Part shown: piece after piece, positions 37,394 through 45,475 of the stretch
How positions within the stretch are numbered: position 1 is the stretch's first letter
Layout of the letters: each line of letters opens with the position of its first letter
Source of the DNA: Vicinamibacterales bacterium
GTDB taxonomy: Bacteria; Acidobacteriota; Vicinamibacteria; Vicinamibacterales; 2-12-FULL-66-21
Direction: 5' to 3'
Length of the DNA stretch: 64,000 bases
Assembly: GCA_036278735.1 (NCBI GenBank)
Contig: DASUKM010000055.1
Span: 64,683-128,682 of the forward strand
Translations under genes and position numbers: made by a program
Notes under the pieces: generated by a model
The model's input: the letters and a program-made list of their open reading frames with translations, nothing else
What the model was told of the DNA's origin: nothing
Database searches by the model: none

Positions 37394-38848
37394 ATGACAC
37401 GTCTCGCGCTGCTCAGTTGCCTCGTGATCGCGGTCGCCGCCGCCGGGCCGTCATCTTTTTCTGCGGCAGCCGGCGCCGCGACAACGACAGCGCGCGCAGC
37501 GCCCGCCGGACACGACTGGACGCAGTTTGGCGGCGATGCCGAACGCTCCAGCGCATCGGACGTACCCACCGGCATCGACGCCCGCAACGTGGCGTCACTC
37601 CAGAAGCAAACCGTCGAGATCGACGGCACGGTCGACGCCTCGGCGATCTACCTGCACGGCGTGCAGGTGCGCGGCGGCACGCACGACACCCTGTTCGTGA
37701 CGACGACCTATGGAAAAACCCTCGCGATCGATGCGGCCGATGGCAAGGTGCTCTGGGAGTACACGCCGCCGCAGTACTCGTCGTGGGCCGGGTCGCGCCA
37801 GATCACCAACGCCACGCCGATCGCCGATCCCGGCCGGCAGTTCGTCTACGCCGCCTCTCCTGACGGCCACGTGCAGAAGCTCGCCGTCTCGGACGGCCAC
37901 GCGCTGTGGAGCACGGCGATCACGAAGCTGCCGCAGCGCGAGAAGATCGCGTCCCCCCTCAACGAATTCAAGGGACACATCGTCGCGGTAACCGGCGGGT
38001 ACATCGGCGACCAGCCGCCCTACCAGGGACACGTCGCCATCCTCGACGCGAACAGCGGCCGGATCCTCCACGTCTGGAATTCGCTCTGCAGCGATCGCGC
38101 CGAGCTGATCGATCCCAAATCGTGTCCGGAAAGCGATTCCGCCATCTGGGGACGCGCCGGTGCCGTGATCGATTCGCAGACCGGCCACGTCTTCGTGGCG
38201 ACGGGCAACGCGCGATGGGATGGCCGGACGTACTGGGGCGATGCCGTGGTGGAGCTGGATCAGGATGCCACCCGGATGCTCGCCAACTACACGCCGCAGA
38301 ACACGAGCGAGCTGAACGAGCGCGATGCGGATCTGGGGTCGACGTCCCCCGTGCTGCTCGACCCCCGGACGATCGCCCAGGGGGGCAAGGACGGGCAGAT
38401 TCGCGTGCTCAGCCTGGAGAAGATCGCGGGTACGGCGCCGCATCAGGGCGGCGAACAGCAGACAGTGTCGACCCCTTCCGGCACCGACCTGTTCACCGCG
38501 CCGGCGGTCTGGCGCACGAAGGGCACCACGTGGATGTTCGCCGCCGACAACGGCGGCACTGCCGCCTGGACGTTTGCCGGCGGCCGTCTCTCGCCGAAAT
38601 GGCACAACGACCACTCCGGCACGAGTCCCCTGGTCGCCGGCGGCCTGCTGTACGTCTACGATCAGCGGGGCGGCGGCTTGCGCGTCTACGAGCCCGCGAC
38701 CGGACGCCAGCTCGCCGCGCTCGCCTGCGGCGAGGGCCATTGGAACAGCCCGATGGTCGCCGACGGCCGCATCATCCTGCCCGAAGGCAACGCAAACTCC
38801 CACGACATGAGCGGAGTGCTCGATATCTGGCGAGTCAGTCGCCAGTAA
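37394..38848 (+). CDS. Secreted PQQ-type (BamB-like) beta-propeller protein
   Basis: Signal peptide, DWTQFGGD, A.DA.DGKVLW repeats, VATGN, DADLGS; extended -10 TGcTAGGAT at 37369-37377 and GGAGG SD. Confidence 0.8.
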   Translation: MTRLALLSCLVIAVAAAGPSSFSAAAGAATTTARAAPAGHDWTQFGGDAERSSASDVPTGIDARNVASLQKQTVEIDGTVDASAIYLHGVQVRGGTHDTLFVTTTYGKTLAIDAADGKVLWEYTPPQYSSWAGSRQITNATPIADPGRQFVYAASPDGHVQKLAVSDGHALWSTAITKLPQREKIASPLNEFKGHIVAVTGGYIGDQPPYQGHVAILDANSGRILHVWNSLCSDRAELIDPKSCPESDSAIWGRAGAVIDSQTGHVFVATGNARWDGRTYWGDAVVELDQDATRMLANYTPQNTSELNERDADLGSTSPVLLDPRTIAQGGKDGQIRVLSLEKIAGTAPHQGGEQQTVSTPSGTDLFTAPAVWRTKGTTWMFAADNGGTAAWTFAGGRLSPKWHNDHSGTSPLVAGGLLYVYDQRGGGLRVYEPATGRQLAALACGEGHWNSPMVADGRIILPEGNANSHDMSGVLDIWRVSRQ

Positions 38849-38852
38849 CCAG

Positions 38853-38898
38853 TTCTCGGGTTCTCGGGTTCTCGGGTTCTCGGGTTCTCGGGTTCTCG
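38853..38898 (+). repeat. Octamer tandem repeat (TTCTCGGG) x5 plus partial
   Basis: Perfect copies directly after a short CCAGT arm that contains the upstream stop codon. Confidence 0.95.
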
Positions 38899-38991
38899 CC
38901 ACTCTTGTAATCGACGTACGAGAATGGTCAGCGGCCAGACTCCGAGCGCTGTTGCCGCCGCTCGGCCGCCGCGGCCATTCGGTTCGTCGCT

Positions 38992-39194
38992 ACCGGCGAC
39001 TGGTAACTGGCGACTGGTAACTGGTAACTGGTAACTGGCGACTGGTAACTGGCCACTGGTAACTGGCGACTGGTAACTGGCCACTGGTAACTGGCCACTG
39101 GTAACTGGCCACTGGTAACTGGCCACTGGTAACTGGCCACTGGTAACTGGCCACTGGTAACTGGCCACTGGTAACTGGCCGCTGGTAACTGGCT
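38992..39194 (+). repeat. Heptamer array ACTGG(TA/CG/CC), about 29 units with a 14-nt higher-order period
   Basis: Unit-by-unit reading: ACTGGTA alternates mainly with ACTGGCG on the left and ACTGGCC on the right. Confidence 0.95.
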
Positions 39195-39218
39195 CCCGGC
39201 TACTGTTGACTGCTCCTC

Positions 39219-39234
39219 CGGCACGTGATTTGCG
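39219..39234 (+). promoter_or_regulatory. Candidate sigma54 promoter
   Basis: CGGCACGTGATTTGCG matches GGCACG-N4-TTGC, about 45 nt before ATG 39280. Confidence 0.7.
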
Positions 39235-39279
39235 GCACGCGCTCGTCATCGCGGACGATCGTCGGGCGCACCCGAATCC

Positions 39280-40713
39280 ATGCAGCAGGACGTCCACACC
39301 GCAGCCTGGCTCGACTTCGATCGAACCATCACCGTCGTCGTGTTCCTCGTCGTGCTGGCGTCGGCCTGCCTCATGCCGATCCAGAGCGACACGTGGTGGC
39401 ATCTGCGCGCCGGGCACGACATGTGGCGCAGCCACGCGATCCTGCTGCGCGACACCTTTTCTTATACGGCGCGCGGCGACTACTGGCCGAACCACGAGTG
39501 GCTGAGCGAAATCCTGTTCTTCGCGACATATCGCGCGGCCGGCCTGCCGGGCCTGACCGCCCTCGCCGCGGTCGCGGTCACGGCGGCGATCGCGCTGTCG
39601 TGGGCCCTCATGCGCGGACCCGTGCTCGCGCGCGTTCTGCTGCTGGCCATCGCGGTGCCGTCCATCGTGCCGGTCTGGACGGTCAGGCCTCACGTGTTCA
39701 CGCTCGTGCTCTTCCTGGCGGCCTTCCACCTGATCCTGCGCGCACGGTTCTGGCCCGTCCCGATCCTGTTCGCCCTCTGGGCCAATCTGCACGGTGGGGT
39801 CGCGATCGGATTCGTCGTGCTCGGCGGCGCCGCGGCGGCGGATGTGTGGGTGAACGGCTGGTCGCGGCTCGGCCGATGGATGCTGCTGATCCCGGCATGC
39901 CTGGCCGCGACGCTCGTGACGCCGCTCGGTATCCACCTGTGGACGGCGATCGAGGCGTCGGTCCGCAAGTCGGCCGCGATCGGCGTATCGGAATATGCGG
40001 CGGCCTCCTTCGGCTGGTCCGATGGGGCGTTCTGGGTCCTGGCAAGCGCGCTGGTGCTGCTCGCCGTCGCTCGACGGCAATCGATCCGAACAGAGGCGGC
40101 GCTCGTCTTCGTGTCGTTCGCCTTGCTGCCCTTCGCCGTCCGGTACGCCCGCAATATCCCCCTGTTCCTGCTGGTCGCCGTTCCCACCGTCAGCCGTCTC
40201 TTGCCGCCGCGGCTGCTGCAGCGCCGGGGCAGCCGGCGCGATCGTCCCACGGTCAACGCGTCGCTGCTGGCAACAGTCGCGACCGCCTGCGTCGCCCTCG
40301 TCGCCGTGTCCTGGAGCGCGCCTGTCGCGCGCCTGCAGTGGCGTCCCGTGTCGGACACGATCGCCGGCGCCATCGACACCTGCCCGGGCCCGCTGTACAA
40401 CCGGTTCGACGACGGCGGCTACGTGATCTGGTTTGCGCCGGCCGTCCCGGTGTTCGTGGACAATCGGCAGGATCCGTATCCGCTCGACTTCCTGCAGGCG
40501 CACCTGCACGCCGAACGGAGCGGCCGCTACGAACAGGTTTTTCGGCAGTACGGGATCCGCTGTGCCTTTCTGCCGCCCACGTCGCCAACCGCCGAACGCC
40601 TGGTGGCGGCGGGGTGGCGTGTGCGCGCGTCGGATGCGCGCTGGGAGGTCCTCGAACGATCGACGGACGACATCGACGCGACCGCCGCCGCATCCGAGGC
40701 CAAGGACAGATAA
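39280..40713 (+). CDS. Polytopic membrane protein, probable GT-C fold glycosyltransferase
   Basis: DTWWHLRAG, D.FSYT, NHEWL, RPH, LWANLHGG, GGYVIW, VFVDNR..PYP; many TM helices. Confidence 0.65.
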   Translation: MQQDVHTAAWLDFDRTITVVVFLVVLASACLMPIQSDTWWHLRAGHDMWRSHAILLRDTFSYTARGDYWPNHEWLSEILFFATYRAAGLPGLTALAAVAVTAAIALSWALMRGPVLARVLLLAIAVPSIVPVWTVRPHVFTLVLFLAAFHLILRARFWPVPILFALWANLHGGVAIGFVVLGGAAAADVWVNGWSRLGRWMLLIPACLAATLVTPLGIHLWTAIEASVRKSAAIGVSEYAAASFGWSDGAFWVLASALVLLAVARRQSIRTEAALVFVSFALLPFAVRYARNIPLFLLVAVPTVSRLLPPRLLQRRGSRRDRPTVNASLLATVATACVALVAVSWSAPVARLQWRPVSDTIAGAIDTCPGPLYNRFDDGGYVIWFAPAVPVFVDNRQDPYPLDFLQAHLHAERSGRYEQVFRQYGIRCAFLPPTSPTAERLVAAGWRVRASDARWEVLERSTDDIDATAAASEAKDR

Positions 40714-40750
40714 CCGGCGCCCCGCGACGCCGATCGATTGGGGCGGGGGT

Positions 40751-41500
40751 TCATTCCCAGCGGAACACGCGCGCCGACAGCGCCGTGCACGCCGCAAACA
40801 CCAGCACGAGGACGCCGACGTCGGTCGCGTGCGCCAGCCAGCCGTCGCCCTGCCAGATGCCGCGCAGCAGCGAGGCCGCGTACGTCAACGGCAGCAGCCG
40901 CGCGATCCGGGCGAGGGGCGGCGGCATGACGGACACGGGCACGAACAGGCCCGACAAGCCGAGCATCGGATACAGGATGGCCGTCCCGATGGGCTGCGCG
41001 AACCGCGCCGTCGGGACGATGCTGGCGATCAGGAACCCGAGCGACAGGATCGTGAACGTCGTGAAGAGCAGCGCGATCGTGAAGCTGAAGATCGGCACGT
41101 CGGCCGGGATCGGATAGAACCGTCGCCCGGCGAGAATCATCAGGACCAGCGTGATCGCCGTGAACAGCAGCTTGACGGCCACGTGCGCCGCGAGGATCGT
41201 CTGCGGCCGCAGCGGCGTCGCCCGGAGCCGCTTCAGGATGCCGGCGTCGCGGTAGAGCGCGACGATCGTGATGAGCGACAGCACGGCCCCGAGCGCAATC
41301 AGCATCGCGCCAAGCGCCGGCACTTCGGCCGCGAACTCGGGCGCGCGCCGCGACGCCCCCGCCCGTCCGCCCAGCGCGCGTCCGAGCACGATGAACACGA
41401 ACACCGGCACCCCGACGCTCCCCACGACGCCCAGCGGCTCGCGGACGAAGATCTTGATCTCGACCCAGGTGAGCTTCCAGAAGCCACGCAGCATAGGCAT
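40751..41500 (-). CDS. ABC-2 type permease
   Basis: KIFVREP, YRDAGILKRLRATPL, LSGLFVP, PLTY; TGATG coupling with the ATPase. Confidence 0.9.
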   Translation of the reverse strand: MPMLRGFWKLTWVEIKIFVREPLGVVGSVGVPVFVFIVLGRALGGRAGASRRAPEFAAEVPALGAMLIALGAVLSLITIVALYRDAGILKRLRATPLRPQTILAAHVAVKLLFTAITLVLMILAGRRFYPIPADVPIFSFTIALLFTTFTILSLGFLIASIVPTARFAQPIGTAILYPMLGLSGLFVPVSVMPPPLARIARLLPLTYAASLLRGIWQGDGWLAHATDVGVLVLVFAACTALSARVFRWE

Positions 41501-42429
41501 CAGTCCCGAATCGAATGCCCCGTGACCTCGAGGAACATGTCCTCGAGGCTCGGCACGATCGTCCGAAAGTCGGTCACCCGCACGTGCCGCTCCGACAGGC
41601 ACGCGATCACGTCGGCCACCAGATCGTCCCCGCGTCCGCGGATGGTGAACCGCGTGCCGTCGCGCGTGACGCTGTCGGCGTGCGGAATCGACGCCAGCCA
41701 CCGCTCCGCCGACGGATCCTCGGTCGCGAGCAGGATGGTCCGCTCCGGACAGTGACGCGCGACGAGGTCGGCCGGGGTGCCGATGTCGACGATGCGCCCG
41801 TGGTCGATCACCGCGACGCGATCGCACAGCCGCTCGGCTTCCTCCATCAGGTGGGTCGTGAGCACGACCGTCTTGCCGCGATCGCGGATGCCGCGCACGA
41901 GATCCCAGATCGCATGCCGCGCCTGCGGGTCGAGCCCCGTCGTCAACTCGTCGAGGAACACCAGCTCCGGGTCGTTGATGAGCGCGAGCGCGATGAAGAG
42001 CCGCTGCTTCTGGCCGCCCGAGAGCGTCATGAACCAGGCCTGGCGCTTGTCCTCGAGGCCGAGTTGCTGGAGCAGCCGCCTGCCGTCGACGGGCCGGCGG
42101 TACAGCGAAGCCCAGAGGTCGATCGCCTCCCAGACTTTGATGCGCTTCTGCAGCTGCGCTTCCTGCAACTGCACGCCGACGCGCCCCTGGAGCCTGGCGG
42201 CGTGTCGCGCCGGGTCGAACCCCAGGACGGTGATGCGGCCGGCATCCGGCCGGCGCAGCCCTTCCACGCACTCGAGGGTCGTCGTCTTGCCGGCGCCGTT
42301 GGGGCCGATGAGCCCGAAGATTTCCCCCACGCCCACGTCGAAGGAGACGTCGGCCACCGCGACGACCCGGCCGTAGGTCTTGCGCAGCCCCGCCACGCGC
42401 ACCACCGGCGGTCGCGAGGCCTCCCTCAA
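41500..42429 (-). CDS. ABC transporter ATP-binding protein (DrrA-like)
   Basis: GPNGAGKTT, LSGGQKQR, FLDELTTGLDP, TTHLMEEAE. Start uncertain (TTG 42429 overlaps the upstream stop). Confidence 0.92.
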   Translation of the reverse strand: MREASRPPVVRVAGLRKTYGRVVAVADVSFDVGVGEIFGLIGPNGAGKTTTLECVEGLRRPDAGRITVLGFDPARHAARLQGRVGVQLQEAQLQKRIKVWEAIDLWASLYRRPVDGRRLLQQLGLEDKRQAWFMTLSGGQKQRLFIALALINDPELVFLDELTTGLDPQARHAIWDLVRGIRDRGKTVVLTTHLMEEAERLCDRVAVIDHGRIVDIGTPADLVARHCPERTILLATEDPSAERWLASIPHADSVTRDGTRFTIRGRGDDLVADVIACLSERHVRVTDFRTIVPSLEDMFLEVTGHSIRD

Positions 42430-42848
42430 TAGACGATGCCCAGATCGCGCTGCGCGCACGACTGGCAGATCTCGTCGTCGTGCATCGACTCAGGAGGCTT
42501 CTTCTGTCCGCAGTGGGAGCAGGGCAGATACTTCGACAGGCGGGATTCGCGCGCGGCGTCGATCAACGCGCGCGCCGCCGAGAACGCGTGGGAATTGGAG
42601 ACGAGTCGCCAGGCGATCGAGCCGGCGCGGATCGGACGGACGACCGAATGCTGCGGCGATTCCCAGTCGACGGCGTGCTCCCAGACGGTAATCGTCGTGC
42701 GCGTCAGCCGCACGATCACCTCGACCGGTTCGCCGCCCGTGAAATAGGTCGAGCCGTCCGGCGCTTCGTCCTGCACGACGGGCTGCGGCAACTGCGCCGC
42801 CACGAACGCGAGCCATTCTTCGAACGCCTGCGCCACCGCCGCGATCAT
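42426..42848 (-). CDS. Hypothetical protein with C-terminal CxxC-x14-CxxC zinc ribbon
   Basis: CSHC...CQSC; translationally coupled to the ABC ATPase. Confidence 0.65.
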   Translation of the reverse strand: MIAAVAQAFEEWLAFVAAQLPQPVVQDEAPDGSTYFTGGEPVEVIVRLTRTTITVWEHAVDWESPQHSVVRPIRAGSIAWRLVSNSHAFSAARALIDAARESRLSKYLPCSHCGQKKPPESMHDDEICQSCAQRDLGIVY

Positions 42849-42867
42849 ATCCCGGGACGTTGGGGCG

Positions 42868-43335
42868 TCACTTCACGAGCGCGCCCAGCCCCGCGGCCCA
42901 GGCGACGGCGGTCACCGCGACGCGCACGCGGTTCAGCACGACCCACCGGTGCACGACGGACGTGAGGCTGGCAGCATCGAGCCCCGCGCCGTGCGTCATC
43001 AGCAGGCGTCGGGCGGTCGGAGCGAAATACGCCAGCGTCGACGCGACGACGATCAGCTCGAGGATCGTCGCGACGAGCCGCCAGGTGAACTGCGGTCGAG
43101 GGGCCCGGAAGCCGGCGACGAGCGCCAGCACCGTCGCGATCGCGACGAGCGGCGAGAGCACGGCCCAGAAGTGGAGGCCCGCCCTCGCGGCGATGAGGCC
43201 GTACGGATTGCCGGGCGCGAGCGTCCCGGGAACCCCTGCCGTCCACAACGGCACGACCACACGCGTTTCGTACAACCCGGCGCCCAGATCCAGCCCCACC
43301 AGCACCACGAAGACCCAGAGCGTCACGCGGGCCAT
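42868..43335 (-). CDS. Small membrane protein (DUF1772/anthrone oxygenase-like)
   Basis: 4 TM helices, GAGLYETRVVVPLW, TLAYFAP, RWVVLNRVR; GGAGG SD; TACAAT at 43352-43357 (-). Confidence 0.65.
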   Translation of the reverse strand: MARVTLWVFVVLVGLDLGAGLYETRVVVPLWTAGVPGTLAPGNPYGLIAARAGLHFWAVLSPLVAIATVLALVAGFRAPRPQFTWRLVATILELIVVASTLAYFAPTARRLLMTHGAGLDAASLTSVVHRWVVLNRVRVAVTAVAWAAGLGALVK

Positions 43336-43359
43336 CTCGACCTCCTGGCAGATTGTAGT

Positions 43360-43408
43360 GGTTCAGGGTTCCGGATGCCGGGTTCCAGGTCGGCTCCGGG
43401 CAGTCGCC
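43360..43408. repeat. Short degenerate heptamer-like array (GGTTCCG/GGTTCAG)
   Basis: GGTTCAG GGTTCCG GATGCCG GGTTCCA with 7-nt spacing. Confidence 0.5.
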
Positions 43409-44407
43409 TTAGAGCGGCCTGCCCTCGAGCAGCGCCTCGCACGCGCGGGTTTCGGCGCCGTGCTCGGTGCAGATCGCGTACTCGGCGGCGTACATCGAGA
43501 CGCCGGCGCAGCGCCCCTGCGCGTCGAGGACGTAGAAGTTGACCGCGAAATTCGGGTCGCCGTTCTCCGTCAGCAGCCGGCGCTCGATCGTGTGCCGCTT
43601 GATCCGCGCGAGCGCCTCCATCCCGGCGTCCTTCGGATGACGGCCGTGCCGCAGCGCCTCGACGATCAGCAGCGATGAGAGGCTGTACAGGTTCGCTTCG
43701 CCGCGGCCGGTCGACCCCGCCGCGCCGACCTCCCCGTCCACGTAGAGGCCTGCGCCGAGGATCGGCGAATCGCCGACCCGGCCCGGAATCTTCCACGCCA
43801 GCCCGCTCGTCGTCGTCACACCGGCCATCTCCCCCTGCGCGCTCAGCGCGCTGCAGTGCAGCGTGCCGTAAAAGTGGTTCGGATCGACCCAGCCCTCCTG
43901 CATCATCGCCCGCTCCACGCGGCGGCGCGCGATCTCCCGGGCCGCGGGATCGAGGAAGTGGATTGGATCGGTGCGCCGCTTCCACTCGAGCCAGGTCTGG
44001 CGCGAGCGCTCCGTGTTGAGGTCGTCGACGATCTCGAAACCCATCTGCCGGGCGAATGCCTGCGCGCCCCTGCCCGCGAGCAGGTGATGGTCGGTCTCGT
44101 CGGCGACCTTGCGGGCGACGAGCGCGGGGGTCTTGACCCCTTCGAGCGCGGCGACGCCGCCGGCGCGGCGGGTGGGGCCGTCCATGCAGCATGCGTCGAG
44201 CTGCACCACGCCGTCGGCGTTCGGCAGCCCGCCATAGCCCACGCTCGTGTCGAGCGGATCGAGCTCGACGATGGTGACGCCGGCGAGGACGGCGTCGAGC
44301 ACGCCGCTGCCCTGCGTCAGCATCGCGAAGGCCTGCTCGACGGCGGTCGCCGACCCGCCGTTCCTGAACCGGTTGCCGTTCGCGGAGGCGATGACGATCG
44401 GATGCAT
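43409..44407 (-). CDS. N(4)-(beta-N-acetylglucosaminyl)-L-asparaginase / isoaspartyl peptidase (Ntn hydrolase, T2)
   Basis: SVGYGGLPN.DG.VQLDA, nucleophile GT, TTTSGLAWKIPGRVGDSPILGAG, STGRGE. Confidence 0.9.
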   Translation of the reverse strand: MHPIVIASANGNRFRNGGSATAVEQAFAMLTQGSGVLDAVLAGVTIVELDPLDTSVGYGGLPNADGVVQLDACCMDGPTRRAGGVAALEGVKTPALVARKVADETDHHLLAGRGAQAFARQMGFEIVDDLNTERSRQTWLEWKRRTDPIHFLDPAAREIARRRVERAMMQEGWVDPNHFYGTLHCSALSAQGEMAGVTTTSGLAWKIPGRVGDSPILGAGLYVDGEVGAAGSTGRGEANLYSLSSLLIVEALRHGRHPKDAGMEALARIKRHTIERRLLTENGDPNFAVNFYVLDAQGRCAGVSMYAAEYAICTEHGAETRACEALLEGRPL

Positions 44408-44441
44408 GCTGCCCCCACATCCTAGATCAGAGGCCGGGGCG

Positions 44442-44470
44442 TTGACGCTTGGCGGCTGGACGATTACGAT
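44442..44470 (+). promoter_or_regulatory. Sigma70-type promoter
   Basis: TTGACG-N17-TACGAT, 8 nt before GTG 44479. Confidence 0.7.
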
Positions 44471-44478
44471 GGCACTTC

Positions 44479-45447
44479 GTGCCACGCCACATCTCTCTCG
44501 AGACCATCCGCGACGCAGCGCGGACGGTCTACGACGTTGCCGTTCGTACGCCGCTCGTCGAGCTCGACCGCGGCGGCGAGGGGCCGCAGATTTTTCTGAA
44601 GCTGGAAACGCTCCAGCCGATCGGCTCCTTCAAGATTCGCGGCGCCTGGAATGCCGTGCGCCAGCTGCCCGCGTCGGCGCTCGCCGACGGCGTCTGGACG
44701 GTCAGCGCCGGCAACGCCGCGCAGGGGGTGGCGCTGGCGGCGCGCACCGCGGGGGCGCGTTGCAGCGTGCTCGTCATGGACACGGCGCCTGAAACCAAGC
44801 TGCGCGCCATCCGGGGCTTCGGCGCCAGCATCGTGCAGGCCTCCTACGACGAATGCTGGGAGACGGTCGAGCGGCACGCGTCGGACCGGATGCACGGCCA
44901 CTTCGTCCACCCCTTCGACGACGACCGGTTCATCAGCGGCAACGGGACGGTCGCGCTCGAGATCCTCGAGGATCTGCCCGACGTCGACGCGGTCATCGCG
45001 CCGATCGGCGGCGGGGGACTGATTGCCGGGATCGGCTGCGTGATGGCCGCGCTGCGGCCGGGCCTGACGAAGGTGTATGCGGCCGAACCGGAGACGGCCG
45101 CGCCGCTGGCCGCCTCGCGACGGGCCGGCCAGGCGGTCACCTTCGACGGCTGGCGCGCGTCGTTCGTGGACGGCGCCGGGGGGCACTCGGTGCTTCCGTC
45201 GATGTGGCCGCTGCTGCAGTCGTGGGTCGACGACTCGATCGTCGTCACGCTCGACGAGGCGGCCGCGGCGATGCGCGTCGCGGCCGAGCGGACCCACGTC
45301 ATTGCCGAAGGCGCCGCGGCCTGCGCGATCGCCGCGGCGATCGGACCCGCGCTCGCCGCGCGCGGCCATCGGCGCGTCGTCGCCGTCGTCTCCGGCGGCA
45401 ACATCGATCTTTCGCGTTTCGCACAGCTCGTCGGCGCATGCGGATGA
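44479..45447 (+). CDS. PLP-dependent threonine/serine dehydratase or serine racemase-like enzyme (no regulatory domain)
   Basis: LKLETLQPIGSFKIRGA, SAGNAAQG, HPFDD, PIGGGGL, SGGNID. Confidence 0.9.
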   Translation: MPRHISLETIRDAARTVYDVAVRTPLVELDRGGEGPQIFLKLETLQPIGSFKIRGAWNAVRQLPASALADGVWTVSAGNAAQGVALAARTAGARCSVLVMDTAPETKLRAIRGFGASIVQASYDECWETVERHASDRMHGHFVHPFDDDRFISGNGTVALEILEDLPDVDAVIAPIGGGGLIAGIGCVMAALRPGLTKVYAAEPETAAPLAASRRAGQAVTFDGWRASFVDGAGGHSVLPSMWPLLQSWVDDSIVVTLDEAAAAMRVAAERTHVIAEGAAACAIAAAIGPALAARGHRRVVAVVSGGNIDLSRFAQLVGACG

Positions 45448-45475
45448 CGCCGGCGCACCCCAGGTGACCCATTCG

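Noticed and set aside
36079..37629. Extension of the S9C ORF to 1332 aa
   Set aside because: Antisense to the DmpA-like gene; the signal peptide begins at 36078.
38992..39194. Possible CRISPR array
   Set aside because: Contiguous 7/14-nt units with no unique spacers and no cas genes in the window.
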